Positions 42,804 through 55,153 of a stretch of DNA of 64,000 bases are shown piece by piece (positions within the stretch are counted from its first letter, which is position 1; every line of letters begins with the position of its first letter). Both the position numbers and the translations under genes were made by a program. The DNA comes from Blepharisma stoltei ATCC 30299. Lineage: Eukaryota > Protista > Ciliophora. Below the pieces are notes generated by a model. That model was not told the DNA's origin and made no database searches. It was given only the letters and a program-made list of their open reading frames with translations. The stretch is from the NCBI GenBank assembly GCA_965603825.1, contig CBFDEM010000038.1, forward strand, positions 62,001-126,000, written 5' to 3'.

Positions 42804-43892
42804 ATGAAGAAGACAAAGTTAACTAAAAAAGTAAAGCCAGTGACAAATAGAAAAAGCTTAGTACAAGATTCTCAAATTTCTGATTTGTCAAGTCAATCTA
42901 CAATGCCGCAGCCAGCAGGGTTTCCATCTATCCACTTTCAATCCAATCAAAACTCATTTCAAAGCACTATAAATAGTTATCCAGTGCCAGCAGAAAGTAC
43001 TTTCCCAGGCCACCAGCCTAATTCTTCAATGCCAGAGGAGCCAGATCTTCCAGACATCTCAGTCAATCCAACTTATCAAATCCCAAACCCCTCTGTAGAA
43101 GAAGACGATCTTCCAGACATTTCCTCAGTTCCAATCTCTCAAGGGTTCTATAATCCAACCAAAGTTCCTTTTCCAAATATTGAAACAGCCGAATCAACTT
43201 TCCTCTCAAACGACTCGTCGATTGTTCATGATAAAGCCAATCTTTTAGATCAAAATCAAGATTTCGACATTCCAGATATATCAGGATCCTCCCAAAATCC
43301 AATCAGCAATGTAGAAAACTATGCTTATAATAATAGCTATGAGCCTCAGCAGCTGGCACCAGTAGAATTATCAATAGACCCTTCAATTAATCATGCAAAC
43401 GGAAATTGACAGTTTGAAAATGCATCAGGGCCTGAAGATATCAAGGAAGAAGCTGAAAAAAATAAAGAAGAGGTTGAAGAAATAAAAATAGAGCCTAAAG
43501 AAGTTGAAGAAGTAGTAAAAAATAAAAGGGTGATTATTGATCTGCCATTAACAATGAAATGTGAGTATTGTGAATATGAAAGGTTTGAATCTGACTTTTT
43601 CCCAATGCACTTTGGTCCTGAAAAAGAAGTTTTATGCAAAATGTGCTGGAATTCAAGAGTTGCTTCAGTTAAAAAAGAAAAAATCGAAATTCTGAATGAG
43701 TGCGGAACCTGTGAGGAATGGAAACATAGGTATTTTGGGGAAAAAATATGCCCAAATAACTGCATTGTGTGTGAGGACTGCCAGTATCGCTATATTTTTA
43801 TGTGCAAAATCCAAAAAAGACAAGATGAATCGTGCGTGTTTTGTAATAGAGCATTAATTAAGAAGGAGCAGCCTTGGACTTTGGTGGCATAA
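42804..43892 (+). CDS. Low-complexity protein with C-terminal Cys-rich zinc-finger/RING-like region
   Basis: ORFs 42804 and 43530 join via TGA 43407. Repeated DLPDIS motif and multiple CxxC pairs. Confidence 0.75.
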
Positions 43893-43950
43893 AATTAGCT
43901 AAATTTAAGCTTAATTAAAAATCAAAATAAATAAAAATTTATTTAAATTT

Positions 43951-44883
43951 TTATTGAGAAGTTAAATGGTGAAGCTGCCTTTCCAAATACTCATCAATAT
44001 CAATATCATGAATATATTTACATATCAAATCTCTTGCAAAATGATATACAATTTTGAATCTTCTTATCAAATATCCTATTACAATGGCAGGTGCATACGT
44101 TTTCCCAGTCGGACACTGCACTAATACATTGCAGTTCCCAATATGGCTGTCTAAAAATCTCTGTGCTGCGTCCATCATCTTATAAAAATCCTTATCAATC
44201 GGTATTTTCAAATACCCGCGCTTTATAGTCGGAAATCTTTCTGGAGATTCTTCCCCTACAACACTTAATACTGCTTCAATCATATGCTGGTTAAGCGAGC
44301 CTTGGCTATTCACAGAATTAATATCCCCTATATACAGTCTAAACAGCAATTCATCAATATATAATTCCGTCCTATACGGAATTTCACATAAAAAAGCATC
44401 ATGTGAACTTTTCTTTACAAAAAGGGAAATCTCGTTACTTTTTTTCTCGTCTGGTGACGCCAAAATTCCTGTATTAGAACGGCGGTATCTCATTGGAGTT
44501 TTTGCTTTTTCTTTGACTGGCTTGATTTTTTTTGTAGGAGACTCTGGGGAATGAGAATTGTGACGTCGATGGACTCCTATTGTGGTGATTCTTTTAAAGT
44601 CAGCTCTTTCTTTTTCCGGTAAAGCTTGGACTGCATTTTGTAATAAAGAAATATTGCTGCTATTAAAAGAACCAATTCTGGGCCTTTTAGGTATAACAGG
44701 TTGGTTGCCATAATCAAGTATGGGCTCAGTATGAAAAGTTTGTAATGTATCATTATAAGAAGATAAATTTCCTACGTTAAATGAGTTTCTACGAGGTTTT
44801 ACACTGGTGACTGATAGATGGATCTGGTTGTGGAAATCATGCTCAGGAATTGTGCTTTCTTTGTTAAGGTAATTTGAATCCAT
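43951..44883 (-). CDS. Dual-specificity phosphatase-like protein, probably inactive
   Basis: RLYIGD, IEAVLSV, VLVQCPTGKTYAPAIVIGYLI. The Arg of the CX5R motif is replaced by Tyr. Confidence 0.8.
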   Translation of the reverse strand: MDSNYLNKESTIPEHDFHNQIHLSVTSVKPRRNSFNVGNLSSYNDTLQTFHTEPILDYGNQPVIPKRPRIGSFNSSNISLLQNAVQALPEKERADFKRITTIGVHRRHNSHSPESPTKKIKPVKEKAKTPMRYRRSNTGILASPDEKKSNEISLFVKKSSHDAFLCEIPYRTELYIDELLFRLYIGDINSVNSQGSLNQHMIEAVLSVVGEESPERFPTIKRGYLKIPIDKDFYKMMDAAQRFLDSHIGNCNVLVQCPTGKTYAPAIVIGYLIRRFKIVYHFARDLICKYIHDIDIDEYLERQLHHLTSQ

Positions 44884-44914
44884 TATTAATGTGGTTATTT
44901 ATTTAAAACTATTA

Positions 44915-46102
44915 TTAAAAATCCCATATATTGACACAGCAATCGTCAGAGGTGCTAGCTAGAAATAGGCTGCTTCCACTAGACCAGTCAACAGAATTAG
45001 TTTCTGTGACGTGGCCAGTGATGACTCTTCAGGGCTCGTCAGGCTTTTCGGTGTCTCATATAAACATTGGCCCATCTAGTGACCCACTTACTACATGTGT
45101 AGACTGTGAGCTAAAGCAGCCTTTTACATAGAAACTAGCTCTATGTCCTATTAATTGTATGGGTGGCTCTATATCAAGGGTGTTAAGGTTTTTATATACA
45201 TAAACCACATTTTTCAATGATGAAACCATTAAAGATACTCCATTAGGAGATAAAGAAATCCACGAATTCCCCACACTTAGCTCTCTATTTTGTTCTTCTT
45301 TATTAAAAAGGTCATAGGTTTTATAAAAATCTTGCCCATAGATTTTAGTGCTGATATCATGGCTCATTTGAGTCCTCCTTCACGTCCACGGGTCAATTTT
45401 GGCTGCATAATTTACAGGCTTTTTCTTATTGCCTTTGCCCCCCATTATTTTTCTGATATCCCATATTTTTACACTGGCTTCGTTTTGCTCTACACTTGCT
45501 ATCAAATGATTGCCTAAAAATTCAATTCCTGTAAACCCAATAGTTGAGCCTTGTTGAATTCTGTTTTTCTTGCCTGTCTCTTTATGTTTTCCAGTAATAA
45601 AGCCTACAGGCTCATGCTCAGTTCTATTTTCATTGATTTTTCCCGGACATCTGGCGTCTCAAAAATAAATAAACCCATCCCTAGCAGCAGTTGCGTAGAC
45701 TTCTCTTGTGTTTGGGACACTTTTAATGCACTTTATAGATCCTCCATGGCCTACCAGGGTTTCTGATTCTTTTCGCTCTAAATCTCATACCATTCCAGTT
45801 AGATCCCCGCTTGCTGTGAGTAATTTTGTGTCATCAAAAGACCAAGAAGTGTCAAAAATTGAGTTATGGTGAGCTCTGAACTGTGACGATATAGACACTG
45901 AGCTGTCGCCAGCTATAGAAATTATATATACCTCCCCCGATTCATCAGAAGCGGCAAGCATAGTTTGGTCACCATGAGAGTACTTCACAGTATAAGACGG
46001 TGACGTGGTCGGTATTTCTGCTATTTTATGCAAATCTGAGATCCCTTCATTCAGCTTTTCATGATATTTCTTACGGTATTCCGCGATTGTGTTTATCTCC
46101 AT
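44915..46102 (-). CDS. DTL: Denticleless/Cdt2-like WD40 protein
   Basis: LAASDESG, AHHNSIFDTSW...LLTASGD, GHGGSIK, ARDG.I.FW(TGA)DAR, SFYVKGCFS, GH..ETNSVDW. One frame. Confidence 0.85.
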
Positions 46103-46153
46103 TTTATACAGACGCGCTAATTATTAAGATAATCTAGATTTCGCCGTTATTAC

Positions 46154-47626
46154 TTAAAGCTTAGCTCCATGAACAGCGACTCCGAGGGCTTGTGCAAGCT
46201 TAGCTCCGTATTCAGGGTCACACTTATAGAAATTCCCGCATTGTCTTTCTGCGATTTCTTTTCTGGTTATTTTTTTCATATGGCCAGCAAGGTTGGAAAG
46301 GGTGTCTTTTTTATCTTCGTCAGAGAAAACTCGTCTGAATAAGGCACCAGGCTGCTCGAAGTCTGAATTAGGGTGGGTGTAAGGGTGTCTTGCGGCTGTA
46401 CCTTTGACTTCGTATGGCTTTTTTCTGGTTTCTGGGTCTTGTTTAGGAGTGCCTTCAACGGTGTTTGGCTCATAGTTAGGCTCGCTTCCGAAGTTTCCGC
46501 CGACGCTGGCTGGACCGTCTCTTTGGTAGTTTGCGACTCTGGCCATGTAAGGACAGTTGATTGGGATTTGCATGAAATTGGCTCCAACTCTATGTCGGTG
46601 GGTGTCATTGTAAGAGAAAAGTCTGCCTTGGAGCATTTTATCGTTGGAAGCTTCAATACCTGGGACGAGGTGGGCTGGGGAGAATGCTGATTGTTCGACT
46701 TCAGCGAAATAGTTGGTAGGATTGCGGTTGAGCACTAAGCGGCCGACTGGAATCAAAGGCCAGTCACTGTGAGGCCAGACCTTGGTGACGTCATAGATGT
46801 CCCACTTGTATTTTTCTCCTACTTCAGCAGGCATTACTTGTACTTGGAAGTTCCAGACGACTTCTTTTCCTGATGCAATGTGATTGAAAAGGTCTCTAGT
46901 TGCATAGTCAGGATCTTCACCAGCAAGCCTGGTTGCAACGTCAGCCTTGAGGTTTTTGCAGCCACCTTCAATTTTGAAGTGGAATTTGACGAAGAAATCT
47001 TCACCTTTAGCATTGACCCATTTAAAGGTATGGGATCCGTAGCCATTCATATGTCTGTAACCATCTGGGACACCTCTAGGCCCGAATAAGTAAGTTACTT
47101 GATGGCAAGACTCTGGGACATTGCCTAAGAAATCCCAAAACATATTGGCACACTTCAGGTTGGTTTGAGGGTCTCTCTTTTGAGTGTGAATGAAATCTGC
47201 GAATTTGATGGCGTCTCTAATAAAGAAGATTGGGGTGTTATTTCCAGTCATATCCCAGTTGCCTTCTTCAGTATAGAACTTTAGGGCAAAGCCGCGAGGG
47301 TCTCTTTCGGTATCAGCTGAGCCTTTTTCACCTCCTACAGTAGAAAATCTTGCAAAGACTGGTGTTCTTTTCCCGATTTTATTTAGGAACTTAGCCTTGC
47401 AGTATTTAGTAACATCATGGGTAACTTCAAAGTATCCGTGAGCTCCTGCACCTTTAGCATGGACAACGCGTTCTGGAATTCTTTCTCTATCAAATGATGC
47501 AAGTTTATCAATGAGATGGGAGTCGGAAAGCAGAGTCGGGCCACGAGGACCTGCAGTCACAGAGTTTTGGTTGTCGTCAACTGGATGACCCCAGCTGGTG
47601 GTCAAGACACGTTTCTTGTCAGCCAT
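46154..47626 (-). CDS. CAT: Monofunctional heme catalase with peroxisomal PTS1 (AKL)
   Basis: FDRERIPERVVHAKGAG, RDPRGFA, GNNTPIFF, QGRLFSYNDTHRHR. Confidence 0.98.
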   Translation of the reverse strand: MADKKRVLTTSWGHPVDDNQNSVTAGPRGPTLLSDSHLIDKLASFDRERIPERVVHAKGAGAHGYFEVTHDVTKYCKAKFLNKIGKRTPVFARFSTVGGEKGSADTERDPRGFALKFYTEEGNWDMTGNNTPIFFIRDAIKFADFIHTQKRDPQTNLKCANMFWDFLGNVPESCHQVTYLFGPRGVPDGYRHMNGYGSHTFKWVNAKGEDFFVKFHFKIEGGCKNLKADVATRLAGEDPDYATRDLFNHIASGKEVVWNFQVQVMPAEVGEKYKWDIYDVTKVWPHSDWPLIPVGRLVLNRNPTNYFAEVEQSAFSPAHLVPGIEASNDKMLQGRLFSYNDTHRHRVGANFMQIPINCPYMARVANYQRDGPASVGGNFGSEPNYEPNTVEGTPKQDPETRKKPYEVKGTAARHPYTHPNSDFEQPGALFRRVFSDEDKKDTLSNLAGHMKKITRKEIAERQCGNFYKCDPEYGAKLAQALGVAVHGAKL

Positions 47627-48279
47627 TATTTATTATAGCTGGAAGGCATGATGTCACTAAATTAGGAATAATTGAGACTGAATATGGTGTGGGGCAGCTT
47701 TGGAAAGAGTATTTAAAAGATTTTGGAGAAGATAATGCAGTGGATATTGATATTTCGAGAAAGGGGGAAAGAAAAGTTATATAAATTTGTGGGTGAGTTA
47801 TTTAGATGTGGATGAAAATTTGGGAAAAACGCTTAATAAGAATTTGAGATTTTTATTAAAGCTTTAAAATATAGGATTTTTTAGACTGGAATTGCTATTG
47901 AGACTATGAAAAAGCTTTATTTCATGATTTAAAACTGATTCTAGAATAATCGTAAAATGAACTCTAAAGACAAGATTTAAAGACTTTTTCAGTTGTGCTG
48001 GATGTAGAATTATCTCATAAAGCTATTGAAATATTCTCATAATTCGTATATTTTCTATTTCTTAAAGCCTCGCTGTTATAGAATTGTAACTATTTTGCGT
48101 TTCTTTCATAGCTTCTTCCTATGCTTTTATTTATATTATACTTAATCAAAAAAATAAACTATAAAACTTATGATTCCAAGCACTGACGATCTTATAACTA
48201 TATTTAAAAATAAAATTGGCATCTTCCTCAGAATCCTATATTCAAAATCCTCTTAGTTTTCGTTTATTGCCAATAAAAA

Positions 48280-48576
48280 ATGTCCGAAGAAGTCACTCCT
48301 CTTACGCCTGCAGAAATAACTGAGTTCAACGAAGCCATGCTTGCGTATTTGACTCACCACGATTCATCAAGACTTGAAGAGCTCTTCCGTTTATTTGACA
48401 GAAATCATAATGGATCATTGAGTGAGCTAGAAATCAAAACAGTGATGGAGCAAGTATCAGGGCATGGATTTAGTGACCAGCAAGTTCATGAGATTATCAG
48501 ATCTGCAGACAAAAACAGCGATGGGAGCATTGATATTAGAGAATTTATAAGTGTTATGAAGCGTCTAACAGACTAA
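48280..48576 (+). CDS. Small two-EF-hand Ca2+-binding protein
   Basis: DRNHNGSLSELE and DKNSDGSIDIRE loops. Confidence 0.92.
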   Translation: MSEEVTPLTPAEITEFNEAMLAYLTHHDSSRLEELFRLFDRNHNGSLSELEIKTVMEQVSGHGFSDQQVHEIIRSADKNSDGSIDIREFISVMKRLTD

Positions 48577-49002
48577 GATTAATTTATGATAAGCCTAGTA
48601 TCAAAGTTTACTAATTCAATCTATGCTGAACTATATAAAATTAATACGTAGCTGGGTGATTAAAATTAGCAAAAAAATTACTTCTAGTTATAAATTTAAA
48701 TCAAGTTAAGAGTATAAGTAGAAATAAAATCACATTTGAATTTCTTCACACTTTTTTCGACCTTGCATGATAATATAAGTTTCGAAATCTCGATAAAAAA
48801 TACAAATTATAAAATATTTGTAATGAAAGATGTTTTTCATGTGAATTTCTTTCTCTTAATAGAAAATAATTGGCTATTTATGATTTCAGCAAAATAAAAT
48901 TTATTTAATTGCAGATTTTATTTGGGATTATTCTATTTACTTAAAATTACTACATATAATAATTAAAACCCTCACTATTTATTTGGGCTAATACTTTATT
49001 TC

Positions 49003-49764
49003 TTAACTATTGAATGAAAGTCTTTTCAATTCCAACATGTTTTCTGGCATTCCCCTTAAGATGCCTTCCATATGCGTTGTGGAGCTATCAATTGCCCTTC
49101 TAAAATCCATTATAGTCACATTTTTACTTTTCGAAATTTCAATCCAATCTTTGTGCATTCTAATAACAGTTGCTACATAGAGTTCGTCAATTGCACTTTG
49201 ATCCTGCGCATTTAATGCACAAAATGCTTTCATTACCCTTGGTGGTGCTCTTCTATCATTCATAACAATTGTATTTCTTGAGAAAATTTGGAAAAAATAC
49301 ATATAAAAGTGCTATATAAAAATTACAGTCACGTTTAAAGCAGAAATAGCAAAACTATAGTCATGTGAATTGTCCAAAATATTTTTGTATTCCTGAGGAT
49401 AATGAGATGCCATATAATAAAGCTGGGTTAAGCCAAATAATCCAGCCCCACGGAAATCAGTTGCAGGATCCTTTCCTTGGAACCCAATTGACTTTCACTG
49501 GTCAGATATAAGGTCTTCTAGCATTTCTTGCCCAGGAAAGGTCACCATCCAAAGTTGTTTTAGCGTTTCAGAATGCAAAGAATTGGCTCTATTATATTTT
49601 ACTCTAGCTCTCCTCCTTAAAACATTCAAAGCATGCAGCTCTTCATCATTGATCGCAAATCTTGAAGCCCCACAGCATTTTTCACAGCAATTTTCATAGA
49701 AATAGCTCTAATTTATCCTTACAACTTCTTCTTCCTTATCTAAAAGTTCGTCAGATGATGCCAT
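49003..49764 (-). CDS. ELMO-domain (ELMOD-like) protein; complement(join(49003..49707,49723..49764))
   Basis: LKQLW..TFP, DQW(TGA)KSIGFQGKDPATDFRGAGLFGL, YSFAISALNVT. Confidence 0.88.
49708..49722 (-). other. 15-nt intron GTAAGGATAAATTAG
   Basis: GT..TAG with A10. Links the ATG exon to the ELMO frame. Confidence 0.85.
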
Positions 49765-50077
49765 TAATATTAAAATCCATTTTTGAATATTTGGGTAAAC
49801 AAAGGAGAACTTTTCTCTTAAAATTTTTGCATTGGCTAATAAAAGCCATATATATCATCTATATATCAGAAACTCGTTTCTATGTGATGCCATATTTTAA
49901 AGATAAGATGACTAAACGCAAATTTAAATAAAAATTCATCGAAAGTCTAAGTATACCAGTAGAACTTGCATTTATATTGGAGTTTTGAAATATACGTAAA
50001 ATTAATTCTATTTTTTATCCAATGAATTGTTCAGATCCGTTGAGACATATTTATAATTACTAAGAACAATCTAAAAA

Positions 50078-51817
50078 ATGACTCAGCCAATTGGTGAATT
50101 AGGAAAGGATGTGAACTTTTTTCCGCTCACTGGCTTGCAATTTGGGAAATGGCTCTCAGCATTTCACCTCGAAAAACAAATATTCTTATTTTACCCCAAA
50201 AATAATACCTTCGTATTCCTAGCTGTACATCCTAAAGAAATTGGCCAAATAAATTCGTCGTTTCTAATGCCCCTTTCAAGAAAACAACTATTAAAGCAAT
50301 TTGGCAAAAATTCCCCATTTGCGGCGCCTGCGAAGAGAAAAGATTCTCTTGATGCAGAAACAATTGGGATTAATTTGATCAGCAAATTAAGTGCAGACTA
50401 TGGAGGAGTAATCGCTTTTGAGGTAGAATTTGAAGATATCGTCGGCCTAGATTATTGCAATACACTTGTTTACTATGGAAGCAGAATTGTTATTGAGGCA
50501 AAAAAAGGGAAAAAAAGATGATTTTGCAGTGTCAAAGAATTTTGCAATTTCTATGAGATTTCGACCAATTTAAGTTATAAATCATCATTTTATACGCCAA
50601 TTCTTGACTGGAGCAAAACGTATTTCGCTACAAAGCAAATGTATCCTATTGAAGAAAATAGGGATCCTCTGTTTCTAGATGTTCCACGGCAGTCAGAAAA
50701 GCTACCAGCGGGTGTGGTCCCTAGTCACAGCCGATGTATCTCTGAGCAAAGTGAATATGAAAATACCCCTGATGACAACTTTGATGGCTTTGACAGAGCC
50801 AGATCTGAAGCTTCAAGCTCTGACTGTGAGTACGAAATTCACAAAGATGAAGGAAAAGAATTCAAAAACAAAACAATTGTCGCTTATTTCGATGACCCAG
50901 TTTTCCCATTCTTTATAAGAGATGTCATCAGGAAGCCGGAAAACAGTAATTTATTGAAAATGTATGAAAGAGGCATCCCATCTTGGGCTGTCTTTTTACC
51001 ATCATACGGTCTGCCATATAGACCATGAATGAGAAGGTCAATGGCGCTGATAATTTTTTGCTTTTCTCTGATGACTATGCTATTAGGATTTTATGACCTT
51101 TATAAGAATATTCCAAGATTGAGAGAAGCATTGCATTTAGTTTTTGGAGACTTTTTCGAGATGTTTGAGGAGGCAATAGTACTGAGGCTTTCGATGCTTT
51201 TTGGGTATCTTTTGGCTTCAAGCCAATATTTCCAAAGTTTTATTGGATTACTTGTGTACCCGTTTCAGATGGTTTGGTCTATTGTGAATTCACTTTTACT
51301 GGTAAAATATGTCACTCTTGGCATTTACACAATATTGCAAGCTATTCTTTTCATTTTTATCCAGCTAAAAGACTTCACATTCATCACATTTAGTCTCCCA
51401 TTCGACATAATCTGGGGCATCACTTATCTCATCTGGCAAATTCTCCGAGAATCTTACTATTTCACAACAGGCCTCATTCTCACCATCAGAAGTACCACAA
51501 ACATCGTCCGAGCCAACAAAGAAGCTGTAGAAGCTGCCAAATCCTTAAGTATCCTCATCAGGATCAAAAACTCCTGGCAAACCGCTGTAGGAGCTGTAGT
51601 AAAAGGAGCCACGTCCATATACAACTTTACAGTCTATTCCTCTATAAATCTCTATAAGCATAAAGACAGTGCTTGGATGAGCTGGGAAAAATACTACAGA
51701 AGGAACCATGCTTTTATCAGGCTGAGAGTCTTTCAAGTCTTCTCATTTATGCTCTTATGGGCTCTTGTTAAATACACTTATCGTCATTATTATACAAGTC
51801 AACATGTGATAAATTAA
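50078..51817 (+). CDS. Uncharacterised membrane protein, 579 aa
   Basis: Three ORFs join via TGA 50519 and 51026. YERGIPSWAVFLPSYGLPYRPW(TGA)MRR precedes several TM segments. Confidence 0.8.
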
Positions 51818-51828
51818 TAATAATTGTT

Positions 51829-53289
51829 ATGAGTTATACTAATTTATGGGACAAGTTTAAAGAAGTTCATGACCATTGGAGCCTTACGAGGAAGCTGCTG
51901 GATGAATTTTCAGATTTTTTGCAGGAAAGGGCTAATTTAGATAAAAATTATGCGAAAGGGCTTGAAAAATTAGCAGCTCATTCTTTCTTTCAACTTTCGA
52001 CTGGAGATTCTTTATCTCATGGGCTTGGGACAATCCAGAATTTTTACCATTTGCATTCTTCTCTATTAAGCAGCCTCTCACAAAGTTTGTATTCAGATTT
52101 ATCAAATACAGTCAAACAATTAGTAAATGAGCACGACGCTTCAATTAAAGAAAAATACGAAACAGGCCGAAAACTCACCAACGAAAGAGAAAAACTGCTA
52201 AAAATTCATGACAAAGCTCGAGAAAAATACATAAAATCGGTCAAAGACTCAGCAACTCAAAATAAATCAATTAATCCTCCAGCGAAAAACAATGAAGATT
52301 TTTTCTTAAAATCTTATATGTCATCAATACAAAATGCAAATACCTTTAACATCCAATTCAGCGACGGAATAAAAGCTGTTTTAGCTGACTACCAAGACCA
52401 AGAAACCGCAAAATTAAAAAACTTAAAAGAGTCCTTACAAAGAATCGTGGCATTAGAAGGGTGTTTTATTAAAAATTTGGAATATGAGATGGAAAATTTG
52501 CCTACTGTAAGAGGTATATAGGCCGTTGAAAGTTTTAGCCCAGAAAAAGATATAGAAGAGTTTGCAGAAAGTATATGCACAGGGAGAAAGGTAGGAATTC
52601 TTGCATTTGTGCCGTGTTATGAGGAATCAGCGAAGAGAAAGAATATGGAATTGAGAGACTCACAAGAAGAAGAAATAATGAGAAATGTGCTTGAAGCTTG
52701 CTGGAGTGAAGACAGTATAAATGATCACGATCTTGAACTTTTTTATCATTTGATAATAGAAAGCCAGGGTAGAAAAGTGTTTACATCTTTTTTAAATGAA
52801 AAAAGACACCAAGGGCAATTTAAAATACCTGACAAGAATTTTGGAATTTTAGGGGAATTAATGAGAAGACTTTTAACAAGCATGCTAAATACAGAACTAG
52901 ATTTATTATGCGCTAGGCAGTGCATAATTTTGTCGCAGACTTTTTATTATGAAGATGCTACAGCTAGAAAAATATTTTTGCAAAATCTAATTTTATTACA
53001 CCCTGTATGGCATGATGAAAAAAATTGAGAAAAAATTATCACAGATGCAATTCAGCTAGAAATGAAAAATTATGCAGATTCTTGTCTAGATAGTTTAGAA
53101 GTTCATGATAATATGACACAAAAAATGAATATGATGAATGTTGGACAGCTTAATTCGTATGCTCATGTAATGGCAAGTTTTGACCTAAGCAAAGAGACTA
53201 TAACTCAGTTAATTTATAAATTAGCAGAAAAATTCCAAGTCCCAGAAGAAATGATCCCAGACGTGTCAGGTACCGAAACTACCCACTAA
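51829..53289 (+). CDS. F-BAR (FCH) protein with C-terminal helical domain; join(51829..52506,52522..53289)
   Basis: LWDKF..V...FLQERANLDKNYAKGLEKL FCH motif. LSQTFY...LQ..I..HPVW resembles SBF2/MADD-type domains. Confidence 0.85.
52507..52521 (+). other. 15-nt intron GTAAGAGGTATATAG
   Basis: GT..TAG with A10. Joins ORF 51829 to ORF 52609 in frame. Confidence 0.88.
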
Positions 53290-53374
53290 ATTAATTATTA
53301 ATTAACAGAATCTAAGGGTTTAATTTAATGATATTTTATACAGATTGCATTCTGCTAAAAATAAAAAAAAGAAA

Positions 53375-54112
53375 TTAGCTGTAGGGAAAATTTTTAATTC
53401 GGCTTTTTAATCTAATAGGACTTTCTGATTTAGTCTCATCTAATTCATCACATTCATATATTTCAGTTATATCATTTGTAAGAGGAGTTTGATTATAATT
53501 TGTATTGTTTTCTTTTTCTTCTTCTTTTTTTTCTTCTTCTACTGCTTCTTGTCTACTATTCATAGAACCCGGAGACTGTTCTATTTTAGCTTTATTTTTC
53601 CCAAATAGCTTAATAAGCACGAGTAAAACTAACCCGAAAGGATCTGCTGCTCCTATTAATTTAAGGCAAAAGACTACACATTCAAAAGTAATAACTTCAT
53701 ACTGCTGGCTTCTATTAGGGGAAAGATTAAATTCGAAAAATGATAGAAAAAATAATGTTGGCCTAATAAAATAATTGAGCAATACAATTCCTTTCTTCAA
53801 TTTAGAATTGATGCATTTATTATAAAAATCATTGATTTTCAACATCACATACCCTAAACAACATATACTTTTAACTTTTTTAATATCGTCCCGGCAGACT
53901 AATGATATATAGAAAATTAATTCAATAAGAGCATGAGCTGTTATGAGTGCACAAATAATTAGCCAGTTTCACCAGTTTTCTCGTCCTAGAATAATGTCGA
54001 AAATATAAAAATAGAATGAGGTGAAGCTGATAAGAAATGACAAAATGATTAAAATAAGCCTTATATAGGCTCTTGGAGCTTTTTTCTTCGAAGGATTTCC
54101 TGTTTCATTCAT
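53375..54112 (-). CDS. Orphan multi-pass membrane protein, paralog A
   Basis: ATG 54112 is in frame with ORF 53375..53848 via TGA. About 5 hydrophobic segments. Shares motifs with 55154..55867. Confidence 0.75.
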
Positions 54113-55153
54113 TTTTATTAATTACAGTTTTAAAAAATTAGAAAAGTATTAATCTCAATCGTGATCAGCTTTAGTCATAAGCCCATATTATAGCTGGGTT
54201 TTCCTCTCATAATCAAGTTTATCTCCTATCGAAGCAACTCTTCCAGCTCTGCAGCTCTGTCAATATTCTCAAATTGCTAATGCGGCTAAATTTCTTGAGT
54301 TTTCATTCGTTTGAGCTTGTCTATAGTATGCTCACCTAGGATGCAGTCAAACTTATAATCAACTTTCGGCTCGAAAGGGAAGATAGTAGCCGATAGAGTA
54401 AAGCCTTTCATTGCGCTTGATAATTTCCCATAGCCTATTCTTATAATTAGTCACTGTTTAGGCTAGCTTTTCTAATTCCACTCACCTTTATTTCAAGAAG
54501 CAAAAAAATAATTCTGAAATTAGGCTTTGGAATTATCAGAGTTACTTACTCCTTGGAACAAAAAAATTTAAGCAAATATTAAATATATTATTTACTTCAT
54601 AAAATTCATGTAGCTTGCTAAGCTAATATTCTCAAATTCAGGATACCAGAGAGTAGATGCAGATAGGAACTAGACTTAGCATTTGCTATGCGCTTGTTAC
54701 ACTCTATCAGCTATTATTTTAAAATCAGTTTTCTTGAATTTTAACTATAGTATAAGAAATATCGAAAACAGAATAAATAGAGATTGGTACATATATTTAA
54801 TATTGTGATAGTCTATTTACAGTTTAATTTGAAAAAAAAATTATTTATACATTCGATGAAAAGATCAGCCTTTTTTTGAACTAAATTTACTTCTTCAATT
54901 TTTACCATTAATATGTGCTATTTGTAGTTTCCTATATTAACTATTGAAAATACAAATATTTATAAAGAAATTGAAATAATTACAGAATAAGCTATAGAAG
55001 CTTTAGTAAAGGCAAATTTATTTTTTAAAAGCTCGTCAGCTATCATTTTTCAATAGAATAATTTATTTTTCTGAATTATTTCAGATTTAAAGTTTTTCTA
55101 TACATCAATCAGCATAAATCTGTAATTTTAATCCCTAAATTAAATTATATTAT

